DNA of 61,606 bases from the NCBI GenBank assembly GCA_027327915.1, contig DAHVWT010000002.1, positions 1 through 61,606 on the forward strand, in the 5' to 3' direction. The translations under genes were made by a program, and so were the position numbers. How positions within the stretch are numbered: position 1 is the stretch's first letter; every line of letters starts with the position of its first letter. Below, in pieces: positions 37,799 through 46,762 of this stretch. The notes beneath the pieces were generated by a model. It saw nothing but the letters and a program-made list of their open reading frames with translations. It did no database searches and was not told the DNA's origin. The DNA comes from Elusimicrobiota bacterium (GTDB lineage Bacteria; Elusimicrobiota; Elusimicrobia; UBA1565; UBA9628).

Positions 37799-38838
37799 AG
37801 CCGCGAGGAACCCCCCCGCCTTCATCTTCCTCGATCGGGGAGGAAAGTCCAGGGGCGAGCAAATACCTCCTCTGCCTCGTGGCGCTCTTGAGCCTCGGGC
37901 CCCCGGCCGCAGCGGGGCTTTTCAACACGGCCAGCGTCGGAACGACCTCCGACGATTTTCTTCTTATGGACGTCGGCGCGAGGGGCATCGCCATGGGCGG
38001 CGCGTACACGGCGGTCACCGACGACTCGAACTCGATCTATTGGAACCCCGCCGGGTTGGCGCTGATCCCGCGCGCCTCGGGAAGCTTCATGTACGGCAGC
38101 CAGGTCGCGGACATCAGCTATCAGACGGCCAACTACGCCCAGAGGATCAGCGACTTCGACGTCATCGCCGGAGGCGTTCGCTACCAGAACCTAGGCTCCG
38201 TCCAGCAGACGGACATCAACAACAACTCGCTGGGCACCTTCAATCCCAACAACCTCGTGGCCGAGTTCGGCTGGGGCTCGGACATCTACGACATGTCCTC
38301 CGGAGACATGTCCGTCGATTTGGGCGCCTCCCTCCGCTACATCCATTCCGACTACCTCCAGACCGCCTCCGGCTACGGCGCCGACATCGGCGCCATGGCG
38401 CGCTTCGAACGCGGGCTATTCCCCTATACCCTGGCCGTGACCGCGCAAAACATCGGCTCCGGCCCCAAATTCGTCCAAACCCAAGAGCCCCTCCCCTACC
38501 GGACACAGTTGGGCGCCGCGGCAAGGCCCTGGCGGCCGCTGCTTCTCTCCTGCGACGTCGTGCTGCCGACCTACGACTCCACCTATGCCGCGGCGGGCGC
38601 CGAATACACAGCCGACTTCGACAGCAACCTCTCCGGCGCTCTCCGGGCAGGCTTCAATACCGAGACGCTCTCGAGCCTGGGGGTTCTGTCGGCCGTCAGC
38701 GCCGGCCTCGGGATCAAATTCAAGAGCTTCTCGATCGACTACGCCTTCGTGCCGATGGGGGTGCTGGGAACCGAAAGCTTCGTCAGCTTGACCTTCAACC
38801 TTCCCAAGAAACCGTCGCAGGCCTTCTCCATGCCATGA
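37795..38838 (+). CDS. PorV/PorQ-like (FadL-related) outer-membrane beta-barrel
   Basis: FLLMDVGARGIAMGGAYTAVTDDSNSIYWNPAGL motif; C-terminal IDYAFVPMG. Confidence 0.85.
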   Translation: MKPRGTPPPSSSSIGEESPGASKYLLCLVALLSLGPPAAAGLFNTASVGTTSDDFLLMDVGARGIAMGGAYTAVTDDSNSIYWNPAGLALIPRASGSFMYGSQVADISYQTANYAQRISDFDVIAGGVRYQNLGSVQQTDINNNSLGTFNPNNLVAEFGWGSDIYDMSSGDMSVDLGASLRYIHSDYLQTASGYGADIGAMARFERGLFPYTLAVTAQNIGSGPKFVQTQEPLPYRTQLGAAARPWRPLLLSCDVVLPTYDSTYAAAGAEYTADFDSNLSGALRAGFNTETLSSLGVLSAVSAGLGIKFKSFSIDYAFVPMGVLGTESFVSLTFNLPKKPSQAFSMP

Positions 38839-39848
38839 TCCCGCCCGAGGACACGTCGCCCCATCTTGCGCCCGATGAAATCGCCCGCTGGCGAGCGGCC
38901 TTCCAGCGCATCGAAGGAGGCTTCGAGCGCTTCTACGAGGAAGCCCAGGCCCGGATCGCCGACCTCAAGCGCCGCGAGACCTTATGGGACGAGAAGCTCG
39001 AGTCGCTCCTAAGGACGCTGGAGCGGGAACGCGCGTCCTGGCTTCGCGCCCTGGAGGATGAGCGCGGACGGCTTCAAGCCGAGTACGCCAAGGCCCGCCT
39101 CGCCGAGGAAAAAGACCTCGGGCGGCGATTCCAGCGGATCGAGGAGCGAATCGAGTCCATGGCTCCCCCCGCGGAGCGAATTCTGGAGAAGCTCGCGGAG
39201 CTTGGCTCGAAATGGGAGCAGGCGCTCGAGGCCATGCGCCCCCCTTGGGCCAAGGATGCGGCTATCGCCGCACTCGAGGCCGAGCGCGCGGAACTCATGA
39301 AGGCTTTGACGGACAGAGAGGCCGCCTTCCAGAGCTACATGTCCCAGCGCCGCGGCTTTGAAAAGGCCCTGGGCGATCGGCTATTCGAGCTCGAACGTCG
39401 CCTCGACGCCGAGAGGCAAAAAGGCATCACCGCCTCCCTGTCGGCCTCGGAAGAAGAAGCCCGACGCAAAACCCTCGAGGAACGCATCGGCGTCGCCGAA
39501 AAGGCGCTCGCTGATCGCGAGGCTGTCGCCCGGGAAAAGGCCGACCGGGACCAGACCCTCCTGGCTCGCCTGCGGGAGGAATTGGAGGCGACGCGACGGG
39601 AACTCGAGGAGGCCCGCAAGGCCTTGCGGGAGGAAAGCGCGACACGCGCCAGGGACGAGGAAGCCGTCGCGACGCTTACCGTGGAGCTTCAAAAAGCCTC
39701 CGCGACGGCCGCCGCGGCCAATCAGGAAAAGGAAGAAACCGTCGCGAGATTCGCCCCTTGGGCCGAGGAAAAGAAAAAACTCCAGGCCGCGCTCGCGGAG
39801 AAAGACGCTCTGCTGAAGCTTTTTGAGGCCTACTTCAAGGAACGCTAG
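38835..39848 (+). CDS. Coiled-coil hypothetical protein
   Basis: E/R/A/L-rich heptad pattern; ATGA overlap with the upstream gene. Confidence 0.7.
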   Translation: MIPPEDTSPHLAPDEIARWRAAFQRIEGGFERFYEEAQARIADLKRRETLWDEKLESLLRTLERERASWLRALEDERGRLQAEYAKARLAEEKDLGRRFQRIEERIESMAPPAERILEKLAELGSKWEQALEAMRPPWAKDAAIAALEAERAELMKALTDREAAFQSYMSQRRGFEKALGDRLFELERRLDAERQKGITASLSASEEEARRKTLEERIGVAEKALADREAVAREKADRDQTLLARLREELEATRRELEEARKALREESATRARDEEAVATLTVELQKASATAAAANQEKEETVARFAPWAEEKKKLQAALAEKDALLKLFEAYFKER

Positions 39849-40273
39849 CCGACCTCGGCGCAGGAGTTGGGGGTTTCCCAAAGCCGAACGCAGAGAACCG
39901 GGAGCTTGCGGCGGCGGGCTTGGCCGAGGATGATCCGCGCGATATTCTCCGCCGTGGGGTTGCCCTTCATCGTGACGACCGGATCCCCCATTTTCCTCAG
40001 GACCGCGACCAGCGGGTCCTTCTCGTTGAGCAGCATTTTATGGTCCAAGGCCTCGTCCACCCATCCCTGGATCTTCGACTTGATCTCCTCGAAGTCCATC
40101 ACCATGCCGAGCCGGTCAAGCCGCGATCGTCCGACCGTCACCTCGACAAGACCGTTGTGGCCGTGCGGGAAGCGGCATTTCCCGGCGTAACCCAGAAGCC
40201 GGTGACCGTAGCAAAAGCGGATCAGGCGTGTCGCGCGATAAACGGTTTCCCTAGGCAATGAGCCTCCCTCCAT
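39845..40273 (-). CDS. queD: 6-carboxy/6-pyruvoyl-tetrahydropterin synthase (QueD/PTPS)
   Basis: GHRL, CRFPHGHN, LDH, PTAENIA, WETP. Confidence 0.88.
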   Translation of the reverse strand: MEGGSLPRETVYRATRLIRFCYGHRLLGYAGKCRFPHGHNGLVEVTVGRSRLDRLGMVMDFEEIKSKIQGWVDEALDHKMLLNEKDPLVAVLRKMGDPVVTMKGNPTAENIARIILGQARRRKLPVLCVRLWETPNSCAEVG

Positions 40274-40988
40274 CGACTGTCAGAGCGGCGCCGGTCGAGA
40301 AATCGGCCGATTCAAGGAAAAAGGCCACGGCCTTGGCGACCTCCTCGGGGCTTCCAAGGCGCTTGAGCAAGGTCGCCGCCTGGACGGCCCGCCTCTGGCC
40401 CGCGGACATGGATTCGGGAAGCAGCACCGGCCCCGGCAAGACGGCGTTGACCAAGACCTCGGGCGCCAGCTCCTTGGCGAGCGCCGCATTGAGGCACAAG
40501 AGCCCCGCCTTCGAGACGCAGTAAGGCATGAAGCTCGCGTAGGGCCTCAAAGCCGACCAGTCGACGATGTTGACGATCCTTCCCCGGGAGCGGCGCAGAT
40601 GGGGCGCCGCCGCCTGGGCGAGAAAGAAGGGAGCCCTCACGTTGGCGTTCATGTGATCGTCCCAATCCTTCAGGGTCGCTGTTTCAAAAGGGGTTTTGAC
40701 ATACAGGGAGGCGTTGTTGACGAGGGCCCAAAGCCCGCCCATCTCCCGCGCCGCGCGGGCGACCATGCGCTTGATTTCGGGAACATCCCGCAAATCCGCC
40801 CGGAAAACTTCCGCCCGGACGCCGCTGGATCGCCTCAGCTGCGCCGCCAAGGCCAAGGACTCGCGGCGGGAGCGATTGAAATGGAGCGCCAGGTTCATCC
40901 CCCGGCGCGCCAAGGCTTCGGCGATCGAGCGGCCGACCCGCCGCGCCGCCCCGGTGACGAGGGCTGTTTTCCCGGAGAGATCGGCCAT
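40251..40988 (-). CDS. Pteridine reductase-like SDR (FolM/PTR1)
   Basis: TGAARRVG, NNAS, IVD, YCVSK, ELAPEVLVNA. Confidence 0.85.
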   Translation of the reverse strand: MADLSGKTALVTGAARRVGRSIAEALARRGMNLALHFNRSRRESLALAAQLRRSSGVRAEVFRADLRDVPEIKRMVARAAREMGGLWALVNNASLYVKTPFETATLKDWDDHMNANVRAPFFLAQAAAPHLRRSRGRIVNIVDWSALRPYASFMPYCVSKAGLLCLNAALAKELAPEVLVNAVLPGPVLLPESMSAGQRRAVQAATLLKRLGSPEEVAKAVAFFLESADFSTGAALTVDGGRLIA

Positions 40989-41021
40989 GGTTTTTCGAGT
41001 ATACTATTATGTCTAAACGCC

Positions 41022-42440
41022 ATGCGGCTGTCCCTGCGCTACATCCTCTGGTTCGCGATCCTCCTGATCGGCGCCGCAGGACTCCTCGGCCATCTCTTCG
41101 GGAAGTTCCGGAACCAGGCCGTTCTCCAGGCCCAGCGCTCCGCGGACCTGACCGCCAAGACCGTCGCCACCCTTGTCGAGGCCGCGGCGCGCCGCGGCCG
41201 CGCCCGGGACCTTTCCTTGGAGTTCGCGGGGCTCGTCCGCCAAGCCGGCGTCGCGGCGATCGTGGTCAAGGACAGCCGGGGACGGACGATTGCCTTCCGG
41301 GCCGACTCGAAGTCTCTTGCGCGCAGGAAGCCCCATCCCGGCGTTCCCCTCTCGGCCGTCCGCGACGGCATCTACGACGTCCAAATCCCCGTCTCCTTGG
41401 GCGGCCTCGGGAAGGGCGCGGCGCTCGTGAGCCTGCGCACCCGCGGCCTGGAGTCCGAACTCGGGGAAAGCTCCCATTACGCCATCGAGTTCGGGACGGC
41501 GGCCGTCCTCTCGATCGTCCTGCTCGCGTGGTTTTTAGGCGAGGAATTCGGCCTGCGGCTGCGGCTCGTCATTCCGCATATCGAGAAAATCGCCGACGAT
41601 CCGCTGACCTTCAAACCCTTCTTGGAGCGCGGCGGCGCCGACGAGCTGTCCCGGCTCGAGCGCGCCGTCAACCGCATGGGGTCCGAGCTCAAGGAGGACA
41701 AAATCCGCATCATGAACCTCGAAGCCGAAAAAGAGGAGCTCTCGGCGATGCTGGTTCACGACCTCAAGACCCCGCTCACCGTCCTTTGCTCCGGAGTGGA
41801 CCTCTTGAAGGAGCAATGGGACGCCAACCACGTCGTCCCCGCGGGCCTTGAGCGGCGCCGCGGCGGCCAGAACCCCCGGCCCCGCACCTTCGAGCTCATG
41901 GAGCAGTCAAGCGCGAGGCTCTTGCGGATGGTCGAGGACATCCTCCAACTCGCGAAGCTTTCGGAGCTGGGGGACTTCTCCCAGCGCGAGAAAGTGGACT
42001 TCGCCGAAATGGCGCGTGGTTGCGCCAAGGACTTCGGCCTCGTCACCCGCCGCCGAGGCCAGAAGCTCGAGTTGGATATCCCCGACGACGACGCCTACCG
42101 CGTTTCCGGCGATTCGACGCTTTTGCGGCGGGTCCTCGACAACCTGCTCCATAACGCCGTCGAGCACACCCCGGAAAGCGGGACCATCCGCCTAGCTCTG
42201 CGCCGCGAAAACGGGAGCCTTCGGGCGTCGATCTCGGACACCGGTCCCGGAATCCCCGAGGAGGCGCGCGCCGACGTTTTCCGGAAGTTCTACCAGAAGG
42301 AGGTCAAGCGGCACGTGGGGAACGTCGGCCTGGGCCTCGCGCTCTGCCAGAAGGTAGTCGAGAAGCACGGCGGGACGATCGGCGTCACCGGGGCCGAGCC
42401 TCGCGGCGCCTGCTTCTACTTCTTCCTGCCCGTCGCGTAA
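41022..42440 (+). CDS. Membrane sensor histidine kinase (orphan)
   Basis: VHDLKTPL, NLLHNA, DTGPGI, GLGL; two TM segments. Confidence 0.92.
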   Translation: MRLSLRYILWFAILLIGAAGLLGHLFGKFRNQAVLQAQRSADLTAKTVATLVEAAARRGRARDLSLEFAGLVRQAGVAAIVVKDSRGRTIAFRADSKSLARRKPHPGVPLSAVRDGIYDVQIPVSLGGLGKGAALVSLRTRGLESELGESSHYAIEFGTAAVLSIVLLAWFLGEEFGLRLRLVIPHIEKIADDPLTFKPFLERGGADELSRLERAVNRMGSELKEDKIRIMNLEAEKEELSAMLVHDLKTPLTVLCSGVDLLKEQWDANHVVPAGLERRRGGQNPRPRTFELMEQSSARLLRMVEDILQLAKLSELGDFSQREKVDFAEMARGCAKDFGLVTRRRGQKLELDIPDDDAYRVSGDSTLLRRVLDNLLHNAVEHTPESGTIRLALRRENGSLRASISDTGPGIPEEARADVFRKFYQKEVKRHVGNVGLGLALCQKVVEKHGGTIGVTGAEPRGACFYFFLPVA

Positions 42441-42997
42441 CGCCGCATCAACGCCCGCACGAGCCTCAAAGGAAGCCCGATCACGTTGTCCCGGTCCCCG
42501 GCGACCCGCGTGATAAAGGGGTCTTTCCTGTCTTGGATGGCATATCCGCCGGCCTTGTCCCCGTGCTTGCCGGCCAGGCGAGCCAGATCGCCTTCCGAGA
42601 GCCTCCGCGCGTAGACCGCCGAGGCCGCGGCGCCCGACAAGACGCTACGGCCCCCATTCCACGCGAGAGCCGTGCCGGTGTAGACCCAGTGCTTGCGGCC
42701 GTTTAGAAATCTCAAGATCCGCAAGGAATCCGCGTCGTCCTTCGGCTTCACGATGACGCGCCCCGCCCGCCAAACGATCGTGTCGGCGCCGAGCACCAAG
42801 GCGCCGGGCCGTTTCCTGGCCACCGCGACGGCCTTCTTCCTCGCCAGCGCGACGACAAGCCGCCTGGGGTCTTTTTCCCGCAGATTTTCCGCCACCCCGC
42901 TCGGGATGATCCGGAACGGGACGCCGAGCTTCCGAAGAAGGACTCTTCGCTGGGGAGAAGCCGAGGCGAGGATCAGCGGGTGCTTTGGGCGATCCAT
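42416..42997 (-). CDS. maf: Maf-like nucleotide pyrophosphatase
   Basis: ILASASPQR, GADT, DKAGGYAIQ, NVIGLP. Confidence 0.93.
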   Translation of the reverse strand: MDRPKHPLILASASPQRRVLLRKLGVPFRIIPSGVAENLREKDPRRLVVALARKKAVAVARKRPGALVLGADTIVWRAGRVIVKPKDDADSLRILRFLNGRKHWVYTGTALAWNGGRSVLSGAAASAVYARRLSEGDLARLAGKHGDKAGGYAIQDRKDPFITRVAGDRDNVIGLPLRLVRALMRRYATGRKK

Positions 42998-43296
42998 GCG
43001 AGATAGGACGCATCGCCGCCGACGACGGGGAGCGCGATGATCTCCGGAAGCTCGTAGGGATGATTCTTCTTGACCGCGGCCGCCAGCCGTCCCAAGAGAC
43101 CGGAACGCGTCTTGATGAGGAGGAGAACCTCTCGATCGCGGCAAGCCTTCCCCTTCCACGCATAATGGGAGATGATGCCGGGAACGCAATTGACGCAGGC
43201 CGCGAGCTTATCCGCCACCAGAAGCCGGGCCAGTTTTCCGGCCGTGCGCATGTCGGGGGCCGTCACGAGGACGACATGAACGACGGCGCCCGGCAT
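42973..43296 (-). CDS. cutA: Divalent-cation tolerance protein CutA
   Basis: LAACVN, SHYAWKG, E..LLIKT, HPYELPEI. Confidence 0.93.
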   Translation of the reverse strand: MPGAVVHVVLVTAPDMRTAGKLARLLVADKLAACVNCVPGIISHYAWKGKACRDREVLLLIKTRSGLLGRLAAAVKKNHPYELPEIIALPVVGGDASYLAWIAQSTR

Positions 43297-44798
43297 CAAC
43301 GGTAAGTCAGGGAGCCGCAGACGTGAATCTTAAGCATGTTGGAGGCGCGGTGCTTGGCCGTGCCTCCAGCCGAGATGAGGACGGTCTGCCCCTTGCGAAG
43401 ATACCCCTTCTTAAGCATCAGACGCTCCCCGATATGGAGCATGTCGTCGGTCGACTCCCCGAGAGGGCAAAGGATGGGGCGCACGCCCCAATAGAGGGCC
43501 AATTGATGGAGAGTGGACTTCAGAGGCGTCAAGGCGTAGATGGGGGCGCGCGGGCGGTACTTGGACATCACTTTCGCCGACCAGCCGGTCAGCGTGTAAA
43601 CCGCGATCGCGGAGGCCCCCGTCACGTCGCAGGCGTCCGTGGCGGCGCGCGCGAGGGCGTTGGCGAAGCCGGTCTTTTGGGTGTCCTTAAGCCCCGTGGG
43701 GACGTGCGTGAGCCCGAGCCGGGAGGCCTCGGCGCGGCGAATGATGTCGGCCATCATGGAGACGGCCTCAACCGGGTATTGGCCCACGGCGGACTCCCCG
43801 GAGAGCATGACCACGTCCGCGCCGTCGAAGACCGCGTTGGCGACGTCCGAGGCCTCGGCGCGGGTCGGCGTTGGATGCGAAATCATCGATTCGAGCATCT
43901 GGGTCGCCACGATCGACAGCTTGCCCGCCGCGTTGGCCTTGCGCACGAGCAGCTTCTGGAGAGCCGGGACCTCGGCCGGAGAGAGCTCGACGGCGAGGTC
44001 GCCGCGGGCCACCATGATGCCGTCCGCCTCATCGAGAATGGCGTCGATGTTCTTGACCGCGAGGGGATGCTCGATCTTCGCGATCACCTTCATGGGGGAC
44101 CGGGCCTTGCGCAGAACCTCCCTGGCCAACCGGATATCGTCCGGCGTCCGCACGAAGGAGAGCGCCACGTGGCCGATGCCGAGCTTGATGCCCATCTTGA
44201 AATCGGCCATGTCTTTCTCCGTGATGGCCGGAAGATCGATGTCGGCTCCGGGGCAATTGATGCCTTTGTGGTCCTTGAGAAACCCCCCCATGACGACCTG
44301 GCAGTCGACGTGCTTTTTGGCGACGTCGACGACCGAAAGGACGATCGTCCCGTCATCCAAGAGGATGCGGGAGCCCCTGGTGACAACGCGGGGCAGGTGC
44401 TTGAAGTCGGTGGGAACGAGACCCTCCCCGCCCAGGACGTCCTCGGTCGTCACGCGCACGGGGGCTCCCTTCTTGAGGGCGACGCCGCCGCCGGAGAGCC
44501 GCCCCACGCGAAGACGGGGCCCCTGGAGGTCCATGACGATCGCGCAGACGGCGTCGCACTGGGCCGCGGCGCGGCGGATGGTTTGGACGGTTTTGGCGAG
44601 CTCCGCCATGGAGGCATGCGAGCAGTTGAGGCGGAAGGCGTTCGCGCCGGCCTTGAGGAGCGCCACCAAGGTCTCGATGCTTGAGCTTGAGGGCCCCAGG
44701 GTGGCGAGTATCTTCGCCATCTTGGGGAGCGCGCGCTCCGGGGCGGCGCCGGCGGCCGCCGCCGGAAGGTCGGCGATTTCGGCCAGCGCGTCCGTCAA
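43296..44798 (-). CDS. pyk: Pyruvate kinase
   Basis: KILATLGP, DLQGP, IAKIE, MVARGDL, ATQMLESM, PTRAE. Start is TTG 44798 (coupled) or ATG 44720. Confidence 0.96.
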   Translation of the reverse strand: MTDALAEIADLPAAAAGAAPERALPKMAKILATLGPSSSSIETLVALLKAGANAFRLNCSHASMAELAKTVQTIRRAAAQCDAVCAIVMDLQGPRLRVGRLSGGGVALKKGAPVRVTTEDVLGGEGLVPTDFKHLPRVVTRGSRILLDDGTIVLSVVDVAKKHVDCQVVMGGFLKDHKGINCPGADIDLPAITEKDMADFKMGIKLGIGHVALSFVRTPDDIRLAREVLRKARSPMKVIAKIEHPLAVKNIDAILDEADGIMVARGDLAVELSPAEVPALQKLLVRKANAAGKLSIVATQMLESMISHPTPTRAEASDVANAVFDGADVVMLSGESAVGQYPVEAVSMMADIIRRAEASRLGLTHVPTGLKDTQKTGFANALARAATDACDVTGASAIAVYTLTGWSAKVMSKYRPRAPIYALTPLKSTLHQLALYWGVRPILCPLGESTDDMLHIGERLMLKKGYLRKGQTVLISAGGTAKHRASNMLKIHVCGSLTYR

Positions 44799-46282
44799 GA
44801 GAGCCGCGCCCCCGACAAGGCCCCGCCCGCCGCGACGGCGGACGCGCGATGGCCATTGACGCGGCTCAAACGCGGACCTCCCGCCGCCTCGGCCACGGCG
44901 CGAGCGACCGCGGGACAAACCGCCTCATCAAAGATCGAAGGGATGATCGAACGGGGCCCCAAGGACGCGGGAGGCACGGCCTCCGCGATGGCCTTCGCGG
45001 CGGCGATGAGCATCTCGTTGGTAATCCTCCGGGAGCGGGCCTCCATGGCGCCCTTGAACACGCCGGGAAACGCGAGGGCGTTATTGATCTGATTGGGGTA
45101 GTCGGAGCGACCCGTCGCGACCACGCGAGCGAAAGGCACCTGCTCCGGCATGACCTCGGGGGTGGGATTCGCCATCGCGAAAACAACCGAGTTCCGGGCC
45201 ATGCGCTTGAGCGCCTCCGGCGTCACGGAACCGGGCGCCGAGAGCCCCAAGAACACGTCCGCGCCCTTCAAGGCGGCGCCGATCGTCCCCTTGAGGCGCC
45301 CGGGATTGGTCCATTGAGCGAGCCATTCCTTGGCGGGATTCATGCGCTCCCCGCGGCCCTCGTAAATCGCGCCCCCCCGGTCGCAGACGATGATGTCTCC
45401 GGCCCCGGCCTTCGCCAAAAGCCGGCTGACGCCCACGGCGGCGGCGCCGGCGCCGGAGACGACGATGCGGACGCCCGCCAAGCGCTTGCCGACGAGCCGC
45501 AGCGCGTTCAGGAGCCCCGCCAAGACCACGACGGCCGTTCCGTGCTGGTCGTCGTGCATCACGGGGATCTCAAGACGTTTCCTCAGCTCGCGCTCGATCT
45601 CGAAGCAGCGAGGCGCCGAGATGTCCTCGAGGTTGACCCCGCCAAAAGCCGGGGCGATCCGCTCGACCGTCTCGACAATCTCACCCGCATCCTGGGTTTT
45701 GAGGCAGATGGGAAAGGCATTGATCCCCGCGAAAGCCTTGAAAAGGACGGCTTTGCCCTCCATGACGGGAAGAGCGGCCTCCGGCCCCAGGTTGCCCAGG
45801 CCCAGAACGGCGGAGCCGTCCGTCACGACCGCGACGGTGTTGCCCTTGATGGTGTAGTCCCAGACGGCCTCCGGTCGCTCGTGAATCGCCGTGGACACCC
45901 GGCCGACACCCGGGGTATAGATCATCGAGAGTTCCTCGCGGGTGTGAATGGGCCTCGTCGGCTGGACCTCGATCTTGCCGCCGCGATGCAGGAGGAAGGT
46001 CTGATCCAGGACGGAAACGACTTCGGCGAAGGAAAGGCGGCGTATGGCTTTAAGCACTTTCCCAGCCTGAGCCTCGCTCGCGGCATTGACCACGATATCG
46101 CGAAGCAGGGTTTGGTCGTTCGAGCTGACGAGCGCGATCGTTCCCAGGGACCCCCCCGCCTTGCCGATCACGGAGGTGAGCTTGCCCAGCATGCCCGGCC
46201 GGTCGACGATCCTCACCCGAAGGATCAGGCTGAACTGCGAGCTCGGTTTAAAGGAGGAAGCCGCTTCGGGGGGTTTACCCAT
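44795..46282 (-). CDS. NAD(P)-dependent malic enzyme with N-terminal ACT domain
   Basis: DRPGMLG ACT region; YTPGV, VMEGK, NLEDI, HDDQHGT, GAGAA, NQINN. Confidence 0.95.
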   Translation of the reverse strand: MGKPPEAASSFKPSSQFSLILRVRIVDRPGMLGKLTSVIGKAGGSLGTIALVSSNDQTLLRDIVVNAASEAQAGKVLKAIRRLSFAEVVSVLDQTFLLHRGGKIEVQPTRPIHTREELSMIYTPGVGRVSTAIHERPEAVWDYTIKGNTVAVVTDGSAVLGLGNLGPEAALPVMEGKAVLFKAFAGINAFPICLKTQDAGEIVETVERIAPAFGGVNLEDISAPRCFEIERELRKRLEIPVMHDDQHGTAVVVLAGLLNALRLVGKRLAGVRIVVSGAGAAAVGVSRLLAKAGAGDIIVCDRGGAIYEGRGERMNPAKEWLAQWTNPGRLKGTIGAALKGADVFLGLSAPGSVTPEALKRMARNSVVFAMANPTPEVMPEQVPFARVVATGRSDYPNQINNALAFPGVFKGAMEARSRRITNEMLIAAAKAIAEAVPPASLGPRSIIPSIFDEAVCPAVARAVAEAAGGPRLSRVNGHRASAVAAGGALSGARLS

Positions 46283-46301
46283 GTACCACTATAAAGGGAA
46301 C

Positions 46302-46341
46302 AAAAAACCCGCAGCCTGTTTCAAGCTCGGCCGCGGGTTTT
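46302..46341 (-). terminator. Rho-independent terminator
   Basis: Hairpin CCCGCGGCC...GGCTGCGGG followed by T6 on the minus strand, after the DUF167 gene. Confidence 0.75.
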
Positions 46342-46358
46342 GATTCCCTTTGATTCGC

Positions 46359-46622
46359 TTAAGGGATGGATTCCATCACGCGCTTGAGCTGCTCTTCGGT
46401 CTTGCCGGTGATCTCGATCGTCTTTTCACGGCCGTTGGCGCCTCGAAGAATCATCACTTTTCGCGTCGGAACCTGGAAAAACTCGGCCAGATAGCCTTTC
46501 AGGACGTCGTTGGCCTTTTGATTGACGCTTGAGGCCGCCACCCGTACCCGGAGCACGCTCCCGATGCGGCTGATGACCTCGTTTTCAAAGGCGTTCGGAA
46601 TCACACGGACTTTAACGATCAT
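46359..46622 (-). CDS. DUF167/YggU family protein
   Basis: VRVIPNA, KAN, LAEFF, G...REK. Confidence 0.85.
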   Translation of the reverse strand: MIVKVRVIPNAFENEVISRIGSVLRVRVAASSVNQKANDVLKGYLAEFFQVPTRKVMILRGANGREKTIEITGKTEEQLKRVMESIP

Positions 46623-46762
46623 GCTATCCCCCTATGTTGAGAATCAAGGCTAGAAAGACGAATAAAACGAGTTTTTGAGTCTTGGGAGGTACGTTCAAAC
46701 ATCGTAAATCTATTTTATCATAAAAATAAGAGTTTTAAACGCGCAAAAAGCAGAGATAAAGC

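Noticed and set aside
46623-46762. AT-rich spacer with TTTTAT-C-ATAAAA as an ncRNA or foreign DNA
   Set aside because: Adequately explained as the promoter region (TG-A-TAAAAT on the minus strand) of the DUF167 gene; no convincing RNA structure.
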